The translations under genes were made by a program, and so were the position numbers. This document shows, piece after piece, positions 12,576-28,770 of a stretch of DNA of 64,000 nt. This DNA is from the human T2T-CHM13v2.0 reference genome, Homo sapiens. The stretch is taken from assembly GCF_009914755.1 (NCBI RefSeq), contig NC_060929.1. One strand, written 5' to 3'. The notes beneath the pieces were generated by a model. The model did not search any database. It had not been told where the DNA came from and worked only from the letters and a program-made list of their open reading frames with translations. The stretch's first letter is position 1, and every line of letters starts with the position of its first letter.

Positions 12576-13622
12576 CTCACCTTCCATACACAGCCTTCTT
12601 TTACCTCCCTAATCAGACATAATATGCCCTGGGGAAAAAAAAAAAAAAGATGAAAGAGGATATTTTTTCTTTGAGGGAGACATTTTAGACACTTTTACCT
12701 AAACCTTTTTCTAAATACTGAAAGAGTTGAACATGTAAATCAATAATGAAAAGATAACCTGCTCATATCCAAGTGGACAACTAACTCACGAAGGCTATGG
12801 GACAAAAAGCAAGGTCAAAAGAAGACAATTCTTATGAATTTGCAGATTTAAGCTTCCAAAATGGTGAATTGCACAATCTCTGACAGAACAGATTCTCAGT
12901 GTCTAGTGAATGGACAAATGAATACATGAATGATGGATATTTTCTGATAATGAGAAGAAACTAATATAAATTAAAATCAAAGTCAGAAATGGCCTCATCA
13001 ATGCTTATTCAAGGCTAAAGTTGACTAAAATGACTACCCCTTTAAAATCAGGATTTCAAATTATAAAACTATAACATTTCAAACACAGATAATTACATTT
13101 CTTATCAAATGCATGGGTTCTTGTAAAATAATTCAGTTTAATATATACCCAATTTAATTAAAATTTATAAGTGGTTGTGGACTAAACCAAGTGTATCTTA
13201 ATTAAATCAGAACATGGCTCACAGATGTTAAGGTCAACCCCAGTTTTAATAAAGAAGATGCAAATATAATCATTAGGGACTTGGCTGAGTAATTGTGGTC
13301 AGGTGGAAAGTAAGATGAAAGGAAGGCCAGGAAGACCCCTTCTACTCAAGGCTAAAAAGTAAAACGACCTACGGAGTGCAAGTGCAGAAAGATGGGGTTG
13401 CCTGCTCAGTGAGCCGCTGAAATGGAGGTAGGAAATTCAGGTATGAAAAACCAAGTCAACAATCAATTAATAAACTTACATTAGATAAGGAAGGAGGAGG
13501 CACTTTCTCTGACAGTTCACACATCATGGAAGGTTGCAATGGGTTCTGCTATCACCAAAACAATCAGAAATGGAAACAGGACATTCTTAGAGCCAACGCT
13601 AAAGCCTGAAGGATTGCATGAA

Positions 13623-13753
13623 TAAGGTTGACACATAAAATACAAAGTTTTCAGTTAAATCAGAATTTCAGATAAACAACAATTTTTTTTTTTGCTAAAA
13701 GTATGTCCTATGCAACATGCATCCTGTATTGTCTTTTCTAAATTTGGCACCTA
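13623..13753. mobile_element. MER53-like palindromic hAT MITE with internal deletion
   Basis: ataaaataca...cagttaaatcagaatttcagataaacaac...aagtatgtcc...tcctgtatt...ctaaatttggca. Confidence 0.75.
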
Positions 13754-14159
13754 CACGTGAACTTAGGCCTGTAGCAAAAGGCTTATCAAGGAGCTTTCTG
13801 TAATTCCAATATAAACCACAACATTTATTGAAGAATTATCATTAAGGGCTGACCGAAGTCTTAAAATAGAAAGTATATACCTGAATTACACTGTAGGCTC
13901 ATTGCCAGCTCTTGGAAGGGATGCGGAGAGACGATCTAAATTTTAACATTCGGGTCATTCCTATCCACCTGCCTGGGAGTCCTTCTTCTGAATGTATCTC
14001 CCTCAGATCACAGCATACTCTGAGGAATGTGTCAGTCACAGGGAGCTATGCTGGTCAGAAAATCAATCCAGAAATGTTGATTTCAGGTCTCTTCCGTAAA
14101 CAGAACTGTGCTGTTAATCAAAGCCCAACGGCACCTCTGCACCCCTGGAGACTCTGTGG

Positions 14160-14270
14160 GCAGATGAAGAAACTGAGGCCCTAGACGGTGAAATGGCTTT
14201 TCCAAGGTTTAGCTGGGTCTCCCTGGCAGAGCTAAGACTAGCACCCTGCTATTGTAAATCACCTTTCCAT
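14160..14270 (-). mobile_element. MIR fragment
   Basis: cagatgaagaaactgaggc, the reverse complement of the MIR core. Confidence 0.7.
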
Positions 14271-14318
14271 GAGTCTTTCAGTAAGGAATAAAACTTATAA
14301 GTGCTATTGAAGCTCAGA

Positions 14319-14566
14319 AATATATATATATAAATTTTATATATTATATATAATTAATAATATATGTTAATTATATAATTAATAACATATGTTGATTATA
14401 TAATTAATAACACATGTTGATTGTATAATTAATAATATATGTTGATTGTATAATTAATAATATATATTAATTATGATTAATAATAAATATATATTAATTA
14501 TATGATTAATAATAAATATATATTAATTATATAATTAATATATAAATATATATAATATATATTAAT
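14319..14566. repeat. AT-rich minisatellite, 25-nt unit
   Basis: taattaataatatatgttaattata-type units at 14351, 14376, 14401, 14426 and 14451, followed by longer variants. Confidence 0.9.
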
Positions 14567-14711
14567 TTCTTGCTCTTTGGATGTTTAGGAAAAAAATTTA
14601 GATAGGTGAAGATATCACTCATTTAACAGTGTCTATTCACTGTCAACTTCATGCCCAGCACTGTTGTGGATGCTGGGACCACTGACACAATGCTGCCCTA
14701 TAAGGAGATTT

Positions 14712-15605
14712 AGCAGATGCTCACCACAGCCTTCCCCACCTCCTGCCAGGCACAACCAGACTACATTTCCCAACCTGCCTTGCAGCTATATGGCCATGTG
14801 ACTGAGCACTAGCCAAGGGAATGTGGGTGGGAGTGATGTCAGATATTCCCAGGCCAGGTCTATTGGAAACCTTCTGCATTAGTCAGAGCTCCCAAGAGAA
14901 AAAGAACCAAGAAGAGAGATGGAGATGGAGATAGAGAAACATGAAGAGATCCAGAGATAGAGATTGGGAGATGTAAAAAGATTATAAGGTATTGCCTCAC
15001 ATGATTATGAAGGCAGAGAAGTCTTACCATCTGCTGTCTGCGAGCTGGACACCCAGGAAAGCCGGTGGTGTAGTCTGAAGGCTGGAGAGCCAGAGAGCTG
15101 ACAGTGTAGATTGCACTCTAAGCTGAAGTCCTGAGAACAAGAAGCATGAGAGAAAAAGAAGGTTGATGTCCCAGCTCAGACAGTTGGTTAGAATGGGATT
15201 TCAACCTTCCTCAGGCTTTGTGTTCTGTTCAGGCCCTCAGTGAATTGAATGATGTCCACCCACATGGGAGAGAGCAAACTACTTTACTCAGTCTATGGAT
15301 TCAAATGCTCATCTCTTCCAGACATCCCCTCTCAGACACACCAGAAATCATGTTCAACCAGCTACATGGACACCCCATGGTCCAGTCAAGCAAACACCTA
15401 AAATTAACCATCACACCCTCCATGTGAAAGGAGGCAGAAGATCCAGCAGAAAAGTCCCAGGCCTCAGAGGAAGGAGGACTCACAAAACGTGTCCGTGAAT
15501 CACTACCTGGAAGGCTGGGCACTAGACACTCACATAGAGCTGTCATATGAAGAGAGAACTAATCTTCTATTGTGTGAAGTGGCTGAGGTGTAGGAGTCAT
15601 TTGTT
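14712..15605 (+). mobile_element. Old MaLR LTR (MLT1I/J-like), split by MLT2
   Basis: gactacatttcccaacctgccttgcagct...ggccatgtgactgag; resumes after 15415. Confidence 0.7.
14875..15415 (-). mobile_element. MLT2 (ERVL) solo LTR
   Basis: tgcattagtcag...aaaattaaccatcaca; 5-bp TSD ccttc/ccctc. Confidence 0.9.
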
Positions 15606-15819
15606 CCAGGAGAGAGACAACCATGATACACTTCCCTGGTGGAACTTAGAGAAAAGACAGGTTCTGGGCAAATACACAAACAAAAACAGATATGATTGCA
15701 ACTTGTTGTGAGTGTTTTGTAGAAACAACATGAGCACAATGATAAAGAAAAGCTGAGATGCAAGAGGCTGCTCTGATAGGTTTGGACATGGCTGGTAATG
15801 AGCCAACTACAATAAGAAC

Positions 15820-15975
15820 GGTGAGAGTAATAGCAGATGCCACTACAGTGTCCTGTTTGTGGAAGGCCCTGGGATAAATATTTCATGCACTGTAACTTAT
15901 TTACTCTCACAACAACCTGTGAGGTAGGAATTATTATCATCTCCATTTTACAGATAAAAGTAAGGATTCTTGAAG
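15820..15975 (-). mobile_element. MIR
   Basis: ctcacaacaacctgtgaggtagg...ccattttacagat. Confidence 0.85.
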
Positions 15976-15980
15976 CCACC

Positions 15981-16350
15981 TATACTATTTCATTCTCATG
16001 CTGCTATGAAGAAATACCTGAGACTGGGTAATTTATAAAGGAAAGAAGTTTAATTGACTCACAGTTCAGCAGGGCTAGGGAGGCCTCAGGAAACTTACAA
16101 TCATGGCAGAAGAGGAAGTAAACATGTCCTTCTTCACATGGCAGCATGAAGGAGAAGCACCGAGGAAAGAGGGAAAAGCCCCTGATAAAATCATTGGATC
16201 TCATGAGAACTTATTATTACGAGAACAGCATGGAGGGAACTGCCCCCATGATTCAATTACTTCCCACCAGGTCCCTCCCATGACATGTGGGGATTATGGG
16301 AACTACAATTCAAGATGACATTTGGATGGGGACACACCCAAGCCATATCA
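15981..16350 (-). mobile_element. THE1D-like MaLR LTR
   Basis: gaaatacctgagactggg...ggcctcaggaaacttacaatcatggc...ccatatca; TSD ccacc/ccagc. Confidence 0.92.
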
Positions 16351-16400
16351 CCAGCATATTTTTGATTGGTCAAAGCCTGTACTATACAAACTGTTAAGTC

Positions 16401-20329
<3,929 letters not shown>

Positions 20330-20368
20330 GGGTTGGGGGATGAGTGGTGGGGAGTATTTTAGGTAGAG

Positions 20369-20590
20369 CAGTGGTTCTCAATTGAGGGTGATTTTACCAT
20401 GCAGGAGACATTTGGCAATGTTTGGCAACATTTTTGGTTGCCACTACTTGGGATGAGTGTATGCTACCGGCATCTGGTTAGTAGAAGCCAGGGATGCTGC
20501 CACAAATTCTATAATGCATAGGACAGTGTCCCTCACAACAAATAATTATCTAGCCCCAAATGTCAATAGTGTTAAGGTGGAGAAACCCTA
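20369..20590 (+). mobile_element. MER20 hAT-Charlie element
   Basis: cagtggttctcaa...gacatttggcaatg...ccccaaatgtcaatagtg...gagaaaccct. Confidence 0.92.
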
Positions 20591-20620
20591 GGGGAGAGTA
20601 AAAAGTATATGCAATGCCCC

Positions 20621-21041
20621 TCTATTAATCAATTTTGTTTTGCTATAAAGGAATACCTGAGACTAAGTAATTTATAAAGAAAAGAGGTTTATGGGGCTCT
20701 TGGTTCTGCAGACTGTACAAGCATGGCATCTGCATCTGCTTGGCTTCTGGTGAAACGTCAGGAAGCTTACAATCATAGCAGAGGATGAAGGTGGAGTAGG
20801 CATGTCACATGGCAAGAGAGGGAGCAAGAAAGAGAGGAGGTGGTGCCAGGCCCTTTTAAATAACCGGGTCTCACATGAACTAACAGAGCAAGAACACACT
20901 CATTACTATGAGAAGGTCACCAAGCTGTCCATGAATGATCTACCCCCATGACCAAAACATCTCCCACTAGGCCCATCTCCAACACTGGAGGTGATATTTC
21001 AACGTGAGATTTGGAGGGGACAAAATATCCAAACCATATCA
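20621..21041 (-). mobile_element. MSTB-like MaLR LTR
   Basis: gctataaaggaatacctgagact...ggttctgcagactgtacaagcatggc...ccaaaccatatca. Confidence 0.9.
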
Positions 21042-21049
21042 GCCACCCC

Positions 21050-22570
21050 TATAATGGCAAAGCCCCAGTGTGGCTGGAACTGGTATACATCAGATGGAGC
21101 ATACATCAGATGGAGTGGCACCAGATGATGTTGGCAAGGTAGGCAGGGTTAAGAGCACACAGAGGAGCCCTTGTAAGATACAGTAGGAGTTGGGATTTTA
21201 CTTCAGATGTAGGGGGAAGCATAATGGACCACTGATGACTGCTATAGAAAATAGAATGGAGAAGGAGTCAAAAGATAAAAAAGCTGCTCTGTGGACCAGT
21301 GAGATATGAAGAGGGTTAGAACAAAACGTGATGGCAGAGGTAAAGTGGATAGATTGGAACTTCAACTTGGAGCTGGAAATGGCAGAATGTGTTGATGGCT
21401 TGCATGGGATGGCGGGCTGGGGAAGAGGGAGGAGGAAAGGATGATGCTCCAGGCTCTGGCTTCAACAACTGGGTGAGTGGGGTTGTCATTTACTGCGAGT
21501 GAAAAGAGGGAGAAAATTGGGAGGAGGTCATGACAATTCTGAAAGGCCTGTGAGCAAGCACACAGATATGTCAAGTGGATAGTTGAATGTGCAGGTCTTG
21601 GGTTCACATAAAACATATGGGCTGAAGATTTATGTGGGAGGCATGAGGATATACCAGCTCTCCCAGGGATAGAGAAAGGTGACCCAAGATGAGCCCTATG
21701 GCCCTCAAATATTTACAGTTAGGGAGAACAGGAGGAGCCAGCAATGGGAAAAAGCAAAGGCCAGATCTGAAGACAATGTGGATTGTGATTATCTGGAAGA
21801 GAGAATGCCTCCCAGAAGAAGAGAGTCATCATCTACCCCAACCATAGCGAGAAGTGAAATAAAACACAATATGAAGGCCATTGGTGACCTTGAAGGGCAC
21901 AGTCTAAAACAAAGGTCAGAGTAAAAGTCAGATTACCAGGGCCTGAGATAGTAAGCACAGACAATATGTGCACAGAATTCTTTTGAGAATTGAGAATTTT
22001 TTTGCTGTGAAATGGAGCAAAATGATAGGGTAATTGCTGGAACCTGAAGGGGTCAAGGAAGATTTAAGAGGATGAGAAAAACCACTGCCTGTTTGTAAGC
22101 TATGAAAAATGATATAGCAGAGAAAAACTGATGATGCAGGAGGAAGGGGAAGGAACAAGAAGCAGTTAAATCCTTGAAAAGATGGTAGGAGTGGTGGCTT
22201 CCAGAGAACACAGACCTGGAGAGGGAGAAAGGAGAAGTATTGTACTTCCAGTGCAGATGGGTTCCTAGGTTTGATGCTGCTAAATGAAGATGTGTCCATC
22301 TAACTCCTCCTATTTGCACAGCTAACTCACATTTAGCTGATGACCTGGTTGTGAGAAGGACAGAAAGGAATAGGGTGCTGGGAGGTTTGAGGAGAAAAAT
22401 TGAAGCATGAAATAGTTATCCCAAAGAATGAAGAGCAAATATTCTGGGAGTTGTGAAGGGAATAGGTTTGATGGGCAATGTTGGAAACTCATGAGAAGTT
22501 TGAGACCATGAGTTTGAAGTGAAGAGCCAGCCAACTTGCCTGAAGTCCTACAGCAACATTTCATGTTTCA
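21050..22570 (-). mobile_element. Long degraded L2
   Basis: Purine-rich L2-like motifs (ggatgatgctccaggctctggctt, gatatgtcaagtgga, ccattggtgaccttg). Confidence 0.7.
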
Positions 22571-22879
22571 GACGCAGACCTAGACAAAGCAAGTGCTGCG
22601 GGTTCTCCAGTACACACTCAACCCCCTTCAGGATATGGCACTCACTCTCCCACTGACCAGAGCACTGCCTATGGGAGGCTCATATCTGAGTCCCCACTAT
22701 GGGAACTGCCCATGACTGAAGGGAGCCGTTTCTCCAGGTCATGGTTGCTCAGGGAAAAGAAAAAAGGCCTTCTTACCTCCATGAAGAGATACTCAGGGCG
22801 TGACAAGGTTCAGGCTGTACCCGTTAGTGTGAAGAGAGCCACACTTTCTCAAAGGAAGACAAAAGGGGCAAGTCATCCA

Positions 22880-23160
22880 TTTTATTAGACTAATTTTTAG
22901 AGCGGTTTTGTGTTCACTGCAAAATTGAACAGAAAGTACAGAGAGTTCCCATATATCCCTGGTACCCCTCCACACACAGCCTCTCCCACTATCAACATCA
23001 GGCACCAGAGTGGTACTTTTGTTACAAAAATAAACCTACACTTAACACATCATTATCACCCAAAGTCTACAGTTTACATTAGGATTCACTCTTGGTGTTG
23101 TACATTCTATGGGTTTTGTATAATGACATCTATCCACCATTAGAGTATCACATGCAGTAA
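22880..23160 (-). mobile_element. L1MC-like 3' end
   Basis: caaaattgaacagaaagtacagagagttcccatat...cacatcattatcacccaaagtc. Confidence 0.85.
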
Positions 23161-23249
23161 TTTGTTACTGCATATGATACTCTATTACTCTATTATGCAG
23201 TTTATTACTGCATATGATACTCTGTGACATCCACCAATTTTCATGGGTT

Positions 23250-23712
23250 ACTATATTCATTTGCTAGGTCACTCATAATAAATTACCACAAACTTTGTGG
23301 CTTAAAGCAGCAGAAGTTTATTCTCTCACAGACAGAATCCAAATTCACAGAGGCCATCCAAAATCAAGGTGTTGGGAAGGTCATTCCCCCTCCCAAAGCT
23401 CTGGGGAAGAATCTGCCCTTTGGGTCTTCCAGTGTCTGGCGGCCACTGGTGTCCTCTGTATTCTTTGGCTTGAAGACACAATCTCTGCCTCCATCTTCTC
23501 ACCACCTTCTCCTCTGTGGCTGCTTCTCCTTGGTGTGTCTCTTATAAGCATCCACCCAGATATAAAGACCCACCAGATAGCCCAGATAAATCATGTCAAG
23601 ATTCTTATTTGCACCTGCAAAGATCCTTTCTTTAAATAAGGTCACATTCACCAGGTTTCAAGGATTAAGACATGGACATGACTTATTAGAGGTCTCTGTT
23701 CATCCCACTGTA
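23250..23712 (-). mobile_element. MLT1D/E-like MaLR LTR
   Basis: aaattaccacaaactttgtggcttaaa...ctgcaaagatcc...aaataaggtcacattcac. Confidence 0.8.
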
Positions 23713-23844
23713 GTTACTCAGAGGTGGGGCAGAGCTGGACAGAAATATCTCTGGCCTTCTCCACAAATGGAGAGAGATGAGGATACTAGATGCTGGGCAT
23801 GAGTGAGAACAGAGGCCATGCTGGGCTCCATTAATAATGATGGG

Positions 23845-24045
23845 TGAGGTGGGGAAACTGGAGTGCATGATGATAAATTAATTAATAGGTACAATGTACA
23901 TTATTTGGGTGATGGATACCCTAAAAGCCCTGACTTCACCACTGTGCAATCTATGCATGTAGCAAAATTGTACTTGTATCCCATATGTACCCCATACCCA
24001 TTTTTTAAATAAATCAATTTTAAAAATAAAAATGTATTTTAAAAT
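23845..24045 (+). mobile_element. L1MA4/L1PB4-like 3' end
   Basis: ggtacaatgtacattatttgggtgatggataccctaaaagccctgacttcacc followed by an A-rich tail. Confidence 0.8.
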
Positions 24046-24237
24046 AATGATGATGAAGCCAGTGAGGAGTGCAGTGGCGGTTCAGAGGGGCCTTATTTTG
24101 ATCAATACTTGAGAATTAAGATCTGCTCCCTCACGCTCAGCCCCTCAACGCTGTTCTCAGTGACTTGTGTTAAACCTTATTGCCAGAGAATAAATGAACC
24201 ACAACCAAACCCGGAGTAGACCCAGCTGTTCCAGTAA

Positions 24238-24619
<382 letters not shown>

Positions 24620-24691
24620 TGACATTTGAACTGTCAGTGAGAAGGACCTCTGCTCTGCTGTGAAAGGTTCAACTATTTTAAAGCTACATGT

Positions 24692-24886
24692 CATTTTTTA
24701 TTTTTTATTCATACATAATCAACATTCATGTTTTCAGGTATGTGTGATCATTTAATATATTCAAGTAATTTTTAAAGATCAAATCAGTGTCATTGGTATA
24801 TCCATCACCTCAAATATTTGCCTTTTCCTTATGCTAGAAACATTCCAATTATTCTCTGCTTGTTATTTTGAAATGTACAATAAATA
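24692..24886 (-). mobile_element. L1MA (L1MA3-like) 3' end
   Basis: gatcaaatcagtgtcattggtatatccatcacctcaaat...tattttgaaatgtacaataa. Confidence 0.8.
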
Positions 24887-25026
24887 AAGAAACTTGTCTA
24901 TGTTGATATCTACTCCCAATCTGGGGACAGACATGCTCAGGGTATATTTTCTTTCACTAATAAAAGGTGGATTAATTTTTCTGTGAAAATTCTTCTTTAA
25001 AGTTTACTGCTTCTAAAAGCATGGAA

Positions 25027-25824
25027 TTTTATTTCTCTGGTGATCAGTGATGTTGAGCTTTTTTTTGTATGTTTGTTGGCCGCATGTGTGCCTTCTTTTG
25101 AGAAGTGTCTCACGCCAGTCAGAATGGTGATTATTATAAAGTTAAAAAGAAACAGATGCTGGCAAGGTTGCAGAGAAATAGGAACACTTTTACACTGTTG
25201 GTGGGAATATAAATTAGTTCAACCATTGTGGAAGACAGTGTGGCAATTCCTCAAAGATTTAGAACTGGAAATACCATTTGACCCAGCAATCCCATTACTG
25301 GGTATATACCCAGAGAAATATAAATCATTCTATTATAAAGATACATGCACATGTATGTTTGTTGCAGTACTATTCACAATAGCAAAGACATGGAATCAGC
25401 CCAAATGCCCATCAACAAGAGATTGGATAAAGAAAATGTGGTACATATACACCATGGAATACTACATAGCCATAAAAAGGAGTGAGATCATGTCCTTCGC
25501 AGGGACATGGATGAAGCTGGAAGTCATTATCCTCAGCAAACTAATGCAGGAACAGAAAACCAAACATTGCATGTTCTCACTTATAAGTGGGAGCTGAACA
25601 ATGAGAACACATGGACACAGGGAGGGGAACAACACACATTGGGGCCTGTCAGGGGAGTGTGGTGTGAGAGGCGAGGGCATCAGGAAAAATAGCTAATGTA
25701 TGCCAGGCTTAATATCTAGGTGATGGGTTGACAGGTGCAGCAATCCACCATGCCACATGTATAGCTATGTAACAAACCTGCACATCCGGTACATGTACCC
25801 TAGAACTTAAAACTTAATTTAGTT
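25027..25824 (+). mobile_element. 5'-inverted, truncated L1PA8-10-like insertion
   Basis: Antisense L1 at 25027-25110 joined to sense L1 from 25111; 13-bp TSD taaaagcatggaa at 25014-25026 and 25825-25837. Confidence 0.96.
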
Positions 25825-28365
25825 TAAAAGCATGGAAGTACAGTCGGCCACCACCACCCACCCAGCCAATTTTCAATCAGATTCATCTCCAAACCACCTG
25901 GGGTCTGTTGCTGGAATGTGGGGTGCATTATACCAGAGAGCAGAGCCACAGACAGCACTGGCTCCCCTAGTCAGCCCTCAAAGCCATTGTCTTAAAGTCT
26001 AATTGGAATTGTTTTTAGAAAAGAGAATTTTGCAATTAAAAAAAAGTCATGAATACAGGTCCAGCAGTCATGACTAAAACATCAAAACAGTCATGTAGAA
26101 AACACAGAAAAGAGCGTCTTGTTAGGTCTCCTGAATAGTGACTGAGGAGAGCCTGAGTGAAGGAACCTGAGAGGGGAGAGAGGCCCACGGGATCCTGCAG
26201 GTGATGTCTGGCTCTCCCGAGAGCCCACGGTGGACGGTGCTAGCTCACTTTGTCACATTTTTCACTCCGGGAAAGGGGTGGCAAGCAGGACCCGTTGTCA
26301 CCCGGTGTCTTGTCCTTGTTTGTTTTGTGGTTTGGGTTTTGGTTCACCAAGAGAATTATGAAAGGGAGAGACAGGAAAATATCCTTGATGTGCCTGAGCA
26401 AAATTATAGAAACAAGAGCAGGGGAGGGTGAGGGAGTTCAGTAGAGCTGAAAGAGGTTGCAGCAGCTGGAAATCCCTGGGCTGCAGGGTAGAAGGAGGTG
26501 GGAGGGAGACGCTGCAGAATACCAGGCCCCTCACTGGCCCTGCAGGTCCCCTCGCTCCAGCCTCCCAACCCTGCAACCTGGGATGAGTGTCCACATCTGA
26601 CAGCCACTGAGAAGGCGGGCCTGGCAAGGTGGCCCTTGTATGTATTAATACATGGAGTGGGCACCTCTAGAAGTGGCTGTGATATGTGGGAAGGGTCACG
26701 TGGCAGAGATGAAGGTGTACTGAAAGACAGCACGGGAGGCTGGCTCTGCACATTCCTACCCGAGGATGAATGCAAGGGATCTGCCTTCCCCAGAGCCAGC
26801 ACCCTCCGTGCTCCACCTTCTGCTTGGGGGAAGGGGTGCCTGTAACATCCTGGACCATTGAAAAGGGAAGCTAAGCACACATAACAACTCAGATGGGAAA
26901 AAGCAAATCACAGGGCTTAGATGGACCTCATCCTACAGTACAATTAAATGACATCCAAGGATGAGCAGAAGGACAAGACACAGCCCTTGGCACTGCCTTC
27001 ATGTGGGGCCCACTCCAATGCTGACAGTCTGCAAGGGCTCTCCAGTGAGCACTTTGCTCCCAGAGCTCTGGGCAGAGCTCACTGGACTGGACTGATTCCT
27101 GTCCTTGCCACCCACAGCTCCTCCCAACCCAGTCCTCTGCTCCTTGGACCACTGAGCCCCCTGTCTGTTCCCATTCCCTCCAATCCCCCTACCCTGCACC
27201 TTCTACTGAAATCACTGAATCTTTATCCAGTGGGATGACAAGGCATCTGGCTCTATTTTCCTCCAAATCCAATCTTCATAGCGTAAATGTTATGAACACA
27301 GGAACTTCTTTAGCTTTTGATAGTCAAAGACAAGTTATTGAATCTCAAGCACCATTTTTGCTTTCAAAAAGCCCAATTCTTGCAAGTCAATAGTTTGGAT
27401 CTCAAGACTATGGTCACTTCATAAACTCCAAAAACTATCCAAGAAACTCATGATGAGACATGACTTCATTATCTGTGCTGTTCACTGTTCATGGCTATTA
27501 TGGGGGAAGGAGGTGGCCATTACCACCTTCATGGAGACCTAAGATCAAGGAAACGCGGGTGTGAGAAGCATCAAAGTGTTTGTGTTTGCAGGTGTATTAC
27601 CCTGGCTAATAAATCTAAATGTTTTCCCAATAAAGCAGTTGGGTAACAACTACAAAATATTTTATATGCTTACAGAATGTCCAAGATGTGTGTAGGTGTG
27701 AATGTGCGCATTTGCCTATAACACAGAGGTATCACCTTAGACTAGTAGATGACTGGGCCACAGGGTTCTGACAAACTTATGGGTTTTTTAATTATCCAAG
27801 TGTTCTTCCCTGACCATGTGTTGCAATAATTGTTAGAAATATATAATAAATATACATTTTAAAAGAGTAAACAACAGAAATAAAATAAAATCATTAGGTG
27901 TTTTTGAATCGCATTTTTGTGGCAGCCCAGGAAGCTGACGCTAACTGACTGGCCAGCAGATGTCCAGGGTGAAAGACAAGCTGGGCCATTGGCCCTCTGT
28001 CCTGTGTCATTTCCAAGGCTCAGGCCATGGCCTCACACAGAGAGCTCCCAGCACTCCCGCATCTTTCTGGCTCTCTCTAAAGAGCTGATTCCTCTGAAAA
28101 TTCCCCTTCCCAGGGCTTTTGTGCCCTCCCTTCTCCAAGTTCCAGTTCTAGAAGATAAGAGGTTTCCAGAATCCAGACACTTTGAGAATCCTGCAGTGCT
28201 GTCAGAGGCCCAAAATGTCATCCTCTATCCAGCTGTGAACAGAAGATTCTCGAACACCTACTCGCCTTGCCCACTCTCCCAGAGGAGATGACGCCCCTTC
28301 CAGACTCAGTTGAGTCTGGAGCCTGGATTCACTCTGCACTCCACCCAGTCTAAGAATCTCCTAGT

Positions 28366-28770
28366 AAGGTAGGCTGGACAGTGGCCCCTCATAAGGTCCA
28401 TGTCCTAGTCCGCTAGCCCTGTGAATACATTCTGCCAATAGGACACTGCGGATGCAACTCAGCATCTTGAGATGGGGAGAGGATCCTGGATTCTCCAGGT
28501 GGGTTCAACTTCATAGCACAGGTGTCCTTGTAAGAGAGGGCTGAGGAAGAAACGGTATCACAGAAGAGGAAAAGGTGAGGTGACCTTGAAAGTGATGGAA
28601 ATGATGCACCCAGCAGCCTTAAAAGTGGGAAAGATGAGGAACAGATCCTCGCTGAAGCCTCCACAAGGAGCCGGCCCCGTCGGCACCTTGATTTTAGGTT
28701 AGCGAGACGCTGCTCAGAGTTCTTTAAACTACTATGTTTGTGGCAATTTGTTACAGCAGCCAGAGAGCAA
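28366..28770 (+). mobile_element. MLT1D-like MaLR LTR
   Basis: gtccatgtcctagtcc...cttgagatggggagaggatcctggatt...tttgtggcaatttgttacagcagc. Confidence 0.8.

Noticed and set aside
13623-13753. MER53 as a miR-1302-type hairpin precursor
   Set aside because: Most of one arm is deleted and the mature-sequence region is diverged.
21085-21115. Short tandem duplications (also 1748-1780, 50935-50980, 55311-55346, 56340-56377)
   Set aside because: Ordinary slippage-type 15-25-nt duplications with no regular repeat-spacer array.
27951-27967. CTCF-like GGCCAGCAGATGTCC
   Set aside because: Mismatches in the 3' GGCR part of the core; too weak alone.
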